Shown: positions 18,967 to 27,876 of the stretch, piece after piece | Layout: every line of letters begins with the position of its first letter | How positions within the stretch are numbered: the stretch's first letter is position 1 | Source: Bacilli bacterium | GTDB lineage: Bacteria; Bacillota_I; Bacilli_A; RF39; UBA660 | Direction: 5' to 3' | DNA length: 64,000 bases | Assembly (NCBI GenBank): GCA_017622175.1 | Contig: JAGARQ010000029.1 | Span: 30,002-94,001, forward strand | The notes under the pieces: model-generated | What the model was told of the DNA's origin: nothing | What the model saw: only the letters and a program-made list of their open reading frames with translations | The model's database searches: none | Made by a program: the position numbers and the translations under genes

Positions 18967-19275
18967 CTATTTTCTTAACAAGTAATTATTATAGCCACCA
19001 TTTATGTTTACAGTGTCATATCCTTTTTGATTTAGTACTTCTACTACTCTATTACTTGATATTCCAGAATTACAATAAATATAATAAGTTTTTTCTTTTT
19101 TTAAATACTTTTCTGGTGTTTTTATTAAGAAGAATTTATCTATGTTTATTGCGGTTGGAATTCTTCCATATTGATATTCAAAATATGTTCTTATATCTAT
19201 TATATTTAATTGCTCTTTTTCTATTTTTTTTACTAGTGAATCTATATCTATACTTTTCATTTTTTTCACCTCCAA
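18967..19275 (-). CDS. Rhodanese-like single-domain sulfurtransferase
   Basis: 102 aa. IIDIRTYFEYQYGRIPTAINI and active-site loop YCNSGISS. Confidence 0.8.
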   Translation of the reverse strand: MEVKKMKSIDIDSLVKKIEKEQLNIIDIRTYFEYQYGRIPTAINIDKFFLIKTPEKYLKKEKTYYIYCNSGISSNRVVEVLNQKGYDTVNINGGYNNYLLRK

Positions 19276-19284
19276 TATATTAGA

Positions 19285-19316
19285 TGAAAAAAAAAGAATC
19301 TATGAGATAGATTCTT
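19285..19316 (-). terminator. Rho-independent terminator closing the Tad-T4SS cluster
   Basis: 10-bp stem AAGAATCTAT (19294-19303) / ATAGATTCTT (19307-19316), loop GAG. Followed on the minus strand by about 9 T's. Overlaps the stop of the last cluster ORF. Confidence 0.6.
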
Positions 19317-20529
19317 ATTTAACCATGTATGGATCTTCTTTTGTACCTGAACCACTCTTATATAAAACGTTAGAGTTTAGGTAAACAACGGGTCTTATTG
19401 CTGCATAGTTATATGTTTCTGTTTCTTTAATACCGTTATTTATACTAACCATATATGCTAAGTAGTTATTTGTTTTTGAAGGTGTTAATGTCCACCATTC
19501 TGTTTTTGGTCCATTTAAATAGTTATAGTTTTGACAGTTTTTGCTTCCTGCTGTTGTACAAGCTGGATCAATACTTGCATTCATATAATCTATTGCTGTT
19601 AGAAGTCCTACTTTTTGATTTTGTTCTGTTTTCTTACATTCAACAGCTTGTTCTACACCTGTTTCTTTTATTCCACGTTCTCCAGAACAAACATTGTATG
19701 TTGTAGTTTTAGCTTTATCACTAGCACTTAAGAATGAGTCTTCTTTATCATATTCTTCTAGTAATTTTTCTTTTAATCTACTTGCTGAATAGTTGTTAAT
19801 TCCAGATTTAAAATTAGACTCTGTATTAAATCTATTATCGTATGGTGATGTCATTTGAAGAGGTTCATCAAGAATTAATACTGTATTACCACTTGATGTG
19901 ATTTTTACCACTCTCCATAAAGAGTTTTCTAATTGTACATAGTTGTTAACTGTTTCACCACGGAATACGTAGTTTCCACTCTTATTATATAGTCCATAAC
20001 CTGAACTTACTGTACTGTTATCAGCTTTTATTTGATCAGATAATTCTCTTGATGTATATGATTCTCCGCAATTTAATTTTGGTGTATATGAGTAAGTACT
20101 TCCTACTTTTTGGACTCTTACTTCTCCAGTACACATTGCATTAGTGTATTTTGATAAATCTTTCATATACCCTTCTGCAACTAAAATTGATACATCAATT
20201 GGTTGTGTTCCACCATCTTTTTTTGGTAAGTTTTCTTTATGATCAGCAAAATATGATTCTGCTGCTTCTGCCATAATTGCTTCAATATCTTCATATGATT
20301 TTTTACCATTACTACAAGATGTTAATAAAAACATAACTAAGATGAAAACTATTACAACCCCTAAAAGTAGTGCTAAAAGTCTAATTAATTTTTTCTTTTC
20401 ATCATTTCCACTATTATTTGATGATGCAGTTTCTTCTAGTTCTACTTCTTCTTCATATTCTTCTTCGTCTAGTTCGTCGGTAACTACTTCTTTTTCTTTG
20501 TCACCATCTACTTTAAAATTCATTGTCAT
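19315..20529 (-). CDS. Membrane-anchored surface protein with one DUF6273-like module
   Basis: Acidic N-terminus (DELDEEEYEEEVELEE), one TM (LLALLLGVVIVFILVMFLL). The ectodomain contains NNYVQLENSLWRVVKI...WWTLTPS...AAIRPVVYLNSNVLYKSGSGTKEDPYMVK, the WRVL / WW..S / VRPA layout I recall for DUF6273. Start set at the second ATG (8 nt after GGAG). Confidence 0.55.
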   Translation of the reverse strand: MTMNFKVDGDKEKEVVTDELDEEEYEEEVELEETASSNNSGNDEKKKLIRLLALLLGVVIVFILVMFLLTSCSNGKKSYEDIEAIMAEAAESYFADHKENLPKKDGGTQPIDVSILVAEGYMKDLSKYTNAMCTGEVRVQKVGSTYSYTPKLNCGESYTSRELSDQIKADNSTVSSGYGLYNKSGNYVFRGETVNNYVQLENSLWRVVKITSSGNTVLILDEPLQMTSPYDNRFNTESNFKSGINNYSASRLKEKLLEEYDKEDSFLSASDKAKTTTYNVCSGERGIKETGVEQAVECKKTEQNQKVGLLTAIDYMNASIDPACTTAGSKNCQNYNYLNGPKTEWWTLTPSKTNNYLAYMVSINNGIKETETYNYAAIRPVVYLNSNVLYKSGSGTKEDPYMVK

Positions 20530-20546
20530 ATGCATATCTCCTTTTA

Positions 20547-22898
20547 TTAATTATCAAAAAAGTCATCAAAGAAATCATCGTCATCACTTTCTTCATCAGT
20601 TAATGTTAAACTGCTCTTTTGTGTGATAACACTATTTACTGGTTCGACTACTTTTTCTTCTAAAGGTTTAATTTTTGGTACTGGTGTTTCTTTCTCTTTT
20701 GTAGTTGTTAGGAATTCATCAAGACTTGAAACTGTACCACCATTTGGTTCTTCTGTTTCTGTTGGTTTTTCTGTCTCAAATGGTTTAGCTTTTGGAATTG
20801 CAACTGGTTTATTAATGATTGGTGTCATTGCTGGTTTTGAAGAATCAGCTCCTGCTTTATTTCTTCTTTCTTCTTCTTCAAGTTCTGCAATTTTAGCATC
20901 AATCTTTTTTACTAGTTCATCTACATCAAATCCTAAATCATCATCAACAGGAGGCTTTGCCATTGGTTCTGTAAATGAAGATTCAACAGGACCACGTGAT
21001 GCAACTCTTCCACCACCCATAACTTTTCGTTCTTCTGCTTCTATTGGATTCCTTGTTAGAAAATCTGGAATTCTTGCAGCTTCTGCTGGTTTGTCAAATG
21101 GAAGTGGTTCCTTTTTCATGAAATCTGTTGGAGGCATTTTTGCCATTATTTCTTTCTTACTGTCATCTGAACCATTCATCATTTCAAGAAGTTTCTTCTT
21201 CTTTTGATCTTTTACAAATTCTTTAATATCAAATGTATCAACTTCTTGTTTCTTTCGTAATGGATATTTTGCAATTGGATATTTTACACCCCAATCTAAT
21301 TTCCAGTTAGGTGTAAGTTTTGTTTTAAACGGTTGTTTACGCATTCTTAAAATTACTGTTTCATATTGTTTCATACGTTGTAAGTCTGATACTGTAACTA
21401 GTGGTGTTGATGCTGTTTTATCATCTTTTTTAGATTTAACTTCACCACACATCTTAGAAATTTCTTCTAAAGCTTTTAATTCTGTAGTAATTAAGTAAAT
21501 AATGTTACCACAGTTACCACGAATTGTTTCTGCATCATCTTTACCATATGTACCATCTAATTGTGCAAAGTTTTGAATAATCATTGTAAATCTGATTCTA
21601 CGAGAACGTGCTGCTGTAATCATTGTTGTTACATCTTTTAACGGCGGCATGTTAGCAAACTCATCTAGAATGAAGTTTGTTCTTACTGGAAGTTTACCAC
21701 CATTTTTTTGAGCTGTAGAAATTAATGTTTCATATATTTGTTTTAATAAAATTGTAACTAATGAGTGATATGTCTTCTTTTCATCTTGAATAACAATAAA
21801 TACTGCAGTTGGTCTTGCTCCAATACTTTCTAAATCTATATCACTATGAGATAACATTTCACTTAAGTTTTCACGTGATGCGAATAATTTAACTTTTTGT
21901 TTAAATACTGAAAGGATACTTCCTTTTGTTTCTGTTGGAGCCATGATTGTACTTGATGCATTAATTGCAGCAGCACTTGCTTGGTCTTTAGCAGCAAAGT
22001 ATTCTTTAATATATGTTGAACCACCAAATTTTTCTTCTCCAACTGTTGTTGCTAAAGAGATACTATTAATATTAATTTCTGATTCTTTAGCATCTTCAAA
22101 TAGTCCTAATGCTACTCCTGAAAAATAGTCAGCTGATGTTTTTTCCCAGAATGGGTCGGCATTTTTATTTGAATCATCATAAAGAATGTTTAATGCTAAG
22201 TCGTCTAGTAACTCAATTGCTTTATCTTGGTTTCCTGATTTATACATTTTATATGGTAATGATAGTGGATTCCATGCATTACCATTTTGTGGATCACGGA
22301 AGTTTAAAAGTAAGATTTGATATCCTCTTTTACGTAACATTAAACTTGTTTGTTCGTAAATTTCACCCTTAGGGTCAGTAATAATCATTGACTCTCTTGC
22401 TTTAGCTAAACTGTTTACTTGTGGAAAAACAATTCCTTGTGTTTTACCTGAACCAGTAGCTCCGATTACAAGTGAGTGGTATTCACTATCGTCAACCCAC
22501 ATTTCATCTTCATTTAAAATAATTGGAATTCCCGCGGCTTTAGAATTTTTTTGTTTAATTTGAACACATTTTAGTTCTTCTTTAATTTCTTTATCTTTTG
22601 CCCATCTTGAATAACCTTTATCTTTTCTATCAGCAGTTAAACCAAAGCCTTTTTCTCTTTCAAAAAAGTATGATCCAACACTGATAAATAGTCCTCCTAG
22701 TGTTAAAAAATATAATACTAGTGTTGTTGTAATATGTTCTGTGCTAAATGCAGGAAATGGATTTAATCCTGATAGTGTTCCGTCTGCTGCAAATGATGAA
22801 AGATTTACTACAGCGATAGCAATAACATATAATAAAACAACTGCAAATACTCCAAATATCATCCAATCTTCTGGGTCTGCACGAAATTTTAGTTTCAT
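20547..22898 (-). CDS. virD4: Type IV coupling protein, VirD4/TraG family, with long disordered C-terminal tail
   Basis: 783 aa. Two N-terminal TM helices, Walker A VIGATGSGKTQG, ITDPKGE, Walker B FILDEFANM, and the IIQNFAQL motif. The last ~240 aa are P/E/K-rich and end in DEESDDDDFFDDFFDN. Confidence 0.85.
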   Translation of the reverse strand: MKLKFRADPEDWMIFGVFAVVLLYVIAIAVVNLSSFAADGTLSGLNPFPAFSTEHITTTLVLYFLTLGGLFISVGSYFFEREKGFGLTADRKDKGYSRWAKDKEIKEELKCVQIKQKNSKAAGIPIILNEDEMWVDDSEYHSLVIGATGSGKTQGIVFPQVNSLAKARESMIITDPKGEIYEQTSLMLRKRGYQILLLNFRDPQNGNAWNPLSLPYKMYKSGNQDKAIELLDDLALNILYDDSNKNADPFWEKTSADYFSGVALGLFEDAKESEININSISLATTVGEEKFGGSTYIKEYFAAKDQASAAAINASSTIMAPTETKGSILSVFKQKVKLFASRENLSEMLSHSDIDLESIGARPTAVFIVIQDEKKTYHSLVTILLKQIYETLISTAQKNGGKLPVRTNFILDEFANMPPLKDVTTMITAARSRRIRFTMIIQNFAQLDGTYGKDDAETIRGNCGNIIYLITTELKALEEISKMCGEVKSKKDDKTASTPLVTVSDLQRMKQYETVILRMRKQPFKTKLTPNWKLDWGVKYPIAKYPLRKKQEVDTFDIKEFVKDQKKKKLLEMMNGSDDSKKEIMAKMPPTDFMKKEPLPFDKPAEAARIPDFLTRNPIEAEERKVMGGGRVASRGPVESSFTEPMAKPPVDDDLGFDVDELVKKIDAKIAELEEEERRNKAGADSSKPAMTPIINKPVAIPKAKPFETEKPTETEEPNGGTVSSLDEFLTTTKEKETPVPKIKPLEEKVVEPVNSVITQKSSLTLTDEESDDDDFFDDFFDN

Positions 22899-22959
22899 AT
22901 TACTACTTCCTTTCTTTTTTCCATATTATTATAACTTATCTTTTATTAAGTGTCATTAA

Positions 22960-23742
22960 TTATTGATTTGAAATTATTATTTTAAAACCTTCATCAGTTA
23001 GTTTGTATAACATATCTGCAGGTTTATCTGTTGAGTATTTTCCACAACTTACAATCATTTCATATTTATTATCTTTATCCATATCTATTACAGCACTTAA
23101 ATATGGTTTACACCCATTGTTAGATCTATTTGGTGCTATATCGGTATACATTGGATAAATTTTGCTATTTTTTACCATAAATACAAGGGAAAAAATTTTA
23201 CTTGGATTATAGTCTAATGAAAATGCATTACTTACAAAGTAGAATGTTTCATTATTACCATCATTATCTATATCAAGAGATGTTTCTGTTGCTACTGTGT
23301 ATTTTGATGATGTACTTAAATCATTTTGTTCAAGAACTTTTTCAACATGATAATAATTTCTAATATCTTTTACATTAAAATCTTTTACTTTTATATCGTA
23401 ATTTGCTTTTATTGCTAAAAGATTTCCATCTCTAGTAATAGCATTTTTTTTCTCATCAAATAGGTACCATTTATCACGATCATTCCAAAGATAATAGTTC
23501 CCTGTTTTTTTATTATCTAAATATACATCGTAATTAGTCCAACTTAATGATTCAATAGTTGAAGGATTAGTTATGTTTGTCCATCCTTCATCTTTATATA
23601 TCCAAACTGATGTATCTCCTACAATTAATGTCATTGTATCTTTGTTTTTTATAAGCATATCTTTACCTAATACTAAAAGCATTAGTATGACATAAACTGC
23701 AAGGGCTGCTAATATCACAATATATCTTTTCTTCTTTTTCAT
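22960..23742 (-). CDS. Membrane-anchored extracellular protein with two DxDxDG-like motifs
   Basis: 260 aa. N-terminal TM (IVILAALAVYVILMLLVL), beta-rich ectodomain with DIDNDGNNETFYF and DMDKDNKYEMIV (FG-GAP/calcium-loop-like). Candidate structural T4SS component (VirB8/TcpC position). The family assignment is not supported by any motif I recognise. Confidence 0.4.
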   Translation of the reverse strand: MKKKKRYIVILAALAVYVILMLLVLGKDMLIKNKDTMTLIVGDTSVWIYKDEGWTNITNPSTIESLSWTNYDVYLDNKKTGNYYLWNDRDKWYLFDEKKNAITRDGNLLAIKANYDIKVKDFNVKDIRNYYHVEKVLEQNDLSTSSKYTVATETSLDIDNDGNNETFYFVSNAFSLDYNPSKIFSLVFMVKNSKIYPMYTDIAPNRSNNGCKPYLSAVIDMDKDNKYEMIVSCGKYSTDKPADMLYKLTDEGFKIIISNQ

Positions 23743-23746
23743 TTAA

Positions 23747-26059
23747 TTACCCCGCTTTAAAGTAGGCAAATGTACTTGTGTTTCTCCAGTCATATTGTGC
23801 CCACATATCTGTACTACTACTTCCTGGGTCCATCATAATAATTGTTTGTCCAGCTATAGCATCAACGGCTACCCAGTGTTGTCCTGTATTACCTTTAACT
23901 TCTGCAACGACATAATATCCTTGATTCATTAGGTCTGTAAGTGTTTTAAGTTTTTGATTTTTTGTATATCCTGAAACATATGCTCTTCCAACGAATTGGA
24001 ATGATGGAGCTGCTTTTGATACTGATGCCCATACGTAGTTTCCTCCAGATACAAACCCACCATTATTGTTTAAGAATTGGACAAATGTTCCTGGGTTAAA
24101 ATCATTTATTACTGTTGGAACTCCACTTTTTGCAACTAACATAGAAATTGATGTAACTAAACATCCTATTTGTCTAATATTTTTACCACTGTTTCCCATT
24201 GGAACTGTTGTCCATGGTCCTTCGTATTGTTTCCAACTTGCATATGGACCAGATGATGCTGTTCCACAGTTTGCAGAACCTGCTGTATTACAAGACATTT
24301 TTTGAATATCGGCTGCTCCATAGTTTCTATTTCCAGAGTTATATACTTGTAATAACATTTGTTTATAGTTCATTCCTTGACTTGCAAGACTAGATAATAA
24401 TTTTTGTTCTGTTGACAGATATCCTGCTTGAATAATATATCCTTGGTCATTAACTAATACTTCTCCTGCTGTTGCAGCCATTGCTGTTCTTAGTTGATGT
24501 TCTGCTGCCAAGGCATCTCTTGTTCTAACTGCTCCTGGAACCTTACCGCTTCGACAGATACCACCTTGTCCATCTCCGCCACCCATAAATGAGCATCCTT
24601 CGTTGATGTTACAGAATACTTGATCAGCTACACATGAAGATATTTGTAATACCCATCTACCATTTTCTTCTTCTAACTTTTTACCTAAGGCATTTCCCAT
24701 ACCAGTAGGTCTTGCTAAAGCAAAACTTCTTGCCATAACCATTTGTGCTTTTAGCACTTCTATATGTGCACTAGGTCCAACCTCTGCATATGCAACACCG
24801 GCAACATATTCTTCAAATGGTACTAAGTCTTGATCGATAGCTTTACCATATGTTCCATTTCCATAAGGTTTACCGCATTCCATCAATCTAACCATTAAAT
24901 TTGATATCTGCATTTGTTTTGGGATGTTTCCTGCTCCTGGGATGTAAAAGCCTTTAATATCATAATTACATGCACCTGCTGCTGCACATCCGTATCCTTC
25001 TGAACCAATGAAACTAAAATATCTGTCCATATAATCAAATACTTCTTCTGTCATTTGTTCACGTTTCTTTTGTGAGGTTCTCGGAAAATATTTATAGAAA
25101 ATTACATTTGTTAGATTATATTTAAATGTTGTTTCATCATAGACGTTTCCACTAAACATGCCATTTGCTATTTCAGTTATCACAGACTCTGTCATAAATT
25201 TATAATCATAGTCGTTATTATTAACATTCATGACATGATATACTGATGCTATTTTTAATGCATCTACACTTTTTCCATTTGCTTGCATTTTTAATTTTAC
25301 AGAGTTAATTCTGTCATAAAATGCTTGAGCTTCTGGGTCTGATGCTGTGAAAACGATGTTTCCTGTTTCGCCACCTGCAGCTCCACTAGCCCCTAGTGCA
25401 TCGTCAAAGTCGGCTACTCCACCACCTACTGCTCCAGATATTGCAAAGAAAAGTAATAATATTCCTGCAAGGGGAGCAACTAAAAGCATAATTGCTTTAG
25501 TTTCTGGTTTCATTTGAAATTCAAACATTGAGTCTAATGGGTCTTGTTCTTCTCCACCCATATCATCTCCGTCATCCATCCAATTTTTGGGTTTCTTTCC
25601 TCCAAATCCTTTGCCAAATCCACCAGATGAATCTGATGATGAACTTGAAGTTGAAGATGCTTTGTCTGCAGCATTTGCCGCATCCCCTGCTTTTGAAGCA
25701 GCATCTGCACCTCCAGATCCACCATTACTCATTCCGTTTTTAATGGCTGCTGCTTGTCCAATTTTATCACTTGCTCCACTTTCACTCATTTTATTTAGTG
25801 AATTTTGAACTTGATTTCCTCCTGGAGCCATTTTATTAGCTTGATTTAGGGCTTTTCCTGCCATTTCAGTACTTTTACCACCCGTAAGTTTATCAGCTGC
25901 TTTAACAGCAGCTCCTGCAGCCATAGCATAAGGATTACCGGAAGCCATGGCTACTTCAGCTGCATTTCTTATGTTGTTAGCATTATTTTGAATATTACGT
26001 TCATCTTGCGACATTTGATTTTCTCTTTGATCGCCTTCACGATTTGCTTCGTATGCCAT
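23747..26059 (-). CDS. Bifunctional cell-wall hydrolase: SpoIID/LytB-like domain plus C-terminal Cys-peptidase (CHAP/C39-like), VirB1 analog
   Basis: 770 aa. ~190-aa G/A/S/N-rich N-region, one TM (AIMLLVAPLAGILLLFFAISGAV). SpoIID-like FEEYVAGVAYAEVGPSAHIEVLKAQMVMARSFAL...ATAGEVLVNDQGYIIQAGY. C-terminal IGCLVTSISMLVAKSG...GQHWVAVDAI (Cys/His pair). Confidence 0.65.
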   Translation of the reverse strand: MAYEANREGDQRENQMSQDERNIQNNANNIRNAAEVAMASGNPYAMAAGAAVKAADKLTGGKSTEMAGKALNQANKMAPGGNQVQNSLNKMSESGASDKIGQAAAIKNGMSNGGSGGADAASKAGDAANAADKASSTSSSSSDSSGGFGKGFGGKKPKNWMDDGDDMGGEEQDPLDSMFEFQMKPETKAIMLLVAPLAGILLLFFAISGAVGGGVADFDDALGASGAAGGETGNIVFTASDPEAQAFYDRINSVKLKMQANGKSVDALKIASVYHVMNVNNNDYDYKFMTESVITEIANGMFSGNVYDETTFKYNLTNVIFYKYFPRTSQKKREQMTEEVFDYMDRYFSFIGSEGYGCAAAGACNYDIKGFYIPGAGNIPKQMQISNLMVRLMECGKPYGNGTYGKAIDQDLVPFEEYVAGVAYAEVGPSAHIEVLKAQMVMARSFALARPTGMGNALGKKLEEENGRWVLQISSCVADQVFCNINEGCSFMGGGDGQGGICRSGKVPGAVRTRDALAAEHQLRTAMAATAGEVLVNDQGYIIQAGYLSTEQKLLSSLASQGMNYKQMLLQVYNSGNRNYGAADIQKMSCNTAGSANCGTASSGPYASWKQYEGPWTTVPMGNSGKNIRQIGCLVTSISMLVAKSGVPTVINDFNPGTFVQFLNNNGGFVSGGNYVWASVSKAAPSFQFVGRAYVSGYTKNQKLKTLTDLMNQGYYVVAEVKGNTGQHWVAVDAIAGQTIIMMDPGSSSTDMWAQYDWRNTSTFAYFKAG

Positions 26060-26085
26060 GCTTCCACCACCTTACTACTTTTATT

Positions 26086-27876
26086 TTAGAATCCTCCGCC
26101 TGAACCGAATGAATCTAACTCTTCTTTTGTTACTACTACGTTAATTCTCATACGTCTACTTCCACATACAAACAGTGCTTCTCCTTGAGAATAACGTTTA
26201 ATGCTTTCTTTTTCGTTTTCATTCAAGTCAATTAATCTTGATAAATCTTCAACAGCTTGTTTCTTTAATCCCATTACTAAGTAATAAGAAGCATTATCGA
26301 AAATAGCTTTTCCATCAGTAATTACTGCTTCATCAGCAAAGTCACTTGGTTGTTGAGTTATGATTATTGTTCCAGTATTGTATTTACGAGCTCTTCTTTG
26401 TACTTGAGCTAAGAACTCTGAACCTTGTTGATTTCTACTACTCATTAATACGTGAGCTTCATCAACTAATAATACTGTATCTACACTTGGATCTAAGCAT
26501 AATCCCCAAGCATATTTTAAAACATTGAATAATAAAGCATTTCTTATATTTGCATCACTATTCATTAATTCTTTAATATTAAATACCATGAAGTCACTAC
26601 CTCGTGGTAATGTTGTGTGTCCATCGAAATAGAATCTTAATTCTTTAACGATTGGTCTAATTTCTAGTTCTAGTCTTTCCATGATATCACGTTCTTTTGT
26701 TTGATCTGTCATAGAAAGAAGTCTTCCCTTAATTGTTGCATAAACATCTGAGAATATTGGGAAATCTTTTGATGAGAATGATGAGAAATCTGTATCAAAG
26801 TCTATACCAAAACGTTTATATGTATCTTGAACTACATCACTAAACATAGCTAAAACATCTTGTGCTATTGCTGGGTTATAGTATTTCATAAAACCTTTAA
26901 GGAAATTTAATGTTCTATTTAATACTGTATATCCCATTCCTTGTTTAATTTCTTCTTCATCCGCGTCAAAAATTACTTCTAGTGGATTGATAAGTCCAAA
27001 TTCTCCACCCTTACCAATATCTACAGTGTCTCCTCCAAAAGATCTTGTGATTTCTCTGAATTCATCTTCTGGATCGATTATAACAATTTGACAACCATTT
27101 CTAATATGTGTTCTCAATAATAGTTTTGCTGCGGTTGATTTTCCTGAACCAGATGTTCCTAGAATAATCATATTAGCATTATTTCTATTATGTTCTTTTC
27201 TTATTTTATATAAGAATTGGTTAAATAGAATTACTCCTCCAGAGAAGTCAACACCTAATAATGTTGATAATCCTGGATCTTTAATACTATCGAAAATAAA
27301 TGGATACATAGCCGCTACTGTTACTGAAGGAATTGGTGTACCAATTCTTTGTTCAATATCTTGTGATGGGAATATTGGTAGCATTGATTTCAATACTTTT
27401 TCTTGTTCAAAGCGTAGTGAAATTGCTCTTAATTCCATTGCATCTAAATAGTTTTTAACATTCATTTTCTTTAATTCTAATTCTTCTTTTGTATTTGCAG
27501 CAATCATGATATGCATTTGGAAATCAAAGTTTTTGGCTTGGCTTCCAGCAATCATTGATGTAAAGTATTCCAAACTTTCTGCATCTTGTCTTAATCTTTC
27601 ACGAATAGTTTGGTCTCTTTCATTACGATATTTTTCTTTTAAATCTGCTACTTCTTTATTTAACATCTTAACCATATCTTGATATGGAACTGGAATATGT
27701 TTAACAACAATTTTAATACCAGCCATGTTTGTAAGTGATGCTAAATAACCAGGTGTAATGTATTTTGGAAATGATACAACAGTTAAAATTGTTGCATATT
27801 TATCACTTATAAAAAAATCACTTGGTGAGAAATGTAACCCCTTCGGAGCTAATTGACTTCTTAAACCTGTACTCAT
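26086..27876 (-). CDS. virB4: VirB4-family T4SS ATPase (ATPase part)
   Basis: 596 aa. LAPKGLHFSPSDFFISDKYATILTVVSFPKYITPGYL N-region typical of Gram-positive VirB4 (TraE/PrgJ/TcpF type). Walker A ILGTSGSGKST, Walker B VLLVDEAH, IIITQQPSDF. Confidence 0.85.
   Translation of the reverse strand: MSTGLRSQLAPKGLHFSPSDFFISDKYATILTVVSFPKYITPGYLASLTNMAGIKIVVKHIPVPYQDMVKMLNKEVADLKEKYRNERDQTIRERLRQDAESLEYFTSMIAGSQAKNFDFQMHIMIAANTKEELELKKMNVKNYLDAMELRAISLRFEQEKVLKSMLPIFPSQDIEQRIGTPIPSVTVAAMYPFIFDSIKDPGLSTLLGVDFSGGVILFNQFLYKIRKEHNRNNANMIILGTSGSGKSTAAKLLLRTHIRNGCQIVIIDPEDEFREITRSFGGDTVDIGKGGEFGLINPLEVIFDADEEEIKQGMGYTVLNRTLNFLKGFMKYYNPAIAQDVLAMFSDVVQDTYKRFGIDFDTDFSSFSSKDFPIFSDVYATIKGRLLSMTDQTKERDIMERLELEIRPIVKELRFYFDGHTTLPRGSDFMVFNIKELMNSDANIRNALLFNVLKYAWGLCLDPSVDTVLLVDEAHVLMSSRNQQGSEFLAQVQRRARKYNTGTIIITQQPSDFADEAVITDGKAIFDNASYYLVMGLKKQAVEDLSRLIDLNENEKESIKRYSQGEALFVCGSRRMRINVVVTKEELDSFGSGGGF

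Noticed and set aside
20300-20400. Lipoprotein signal (LLTSC) in the 406-aa surface protein
   Set aside because: The Cys follows a TM helix that is preceded by a ~50-aa strongly acidic N-terminal region. That is not a normal lipoprotein signal peptide, so I treated it as a type-II membrane anchor.
20342-21207. Plus-strand ORFs 20342-20626 and 20623-21207 (194 aa, Ser/Gly/Phe-rich), antisense to the 3' end of the 406-aa gene and to the VirD4 tail
   Set aside because: They are open only because the sense strand encodes a low-complexity E/K/P/D-rich tail. They have no start context and a compositionally biased product.
25528-25808. Three overlapping ORFs (25528-25743 +, 25534-25725 -, 25587-25808 +) inside the hydrolase gene
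   Set aside because: The locally GC-richer Gly/Ala/Ser-coding low-complexity DNA keeps several frames open. The long 770-aa frame has the RBS and the recognisable domains.
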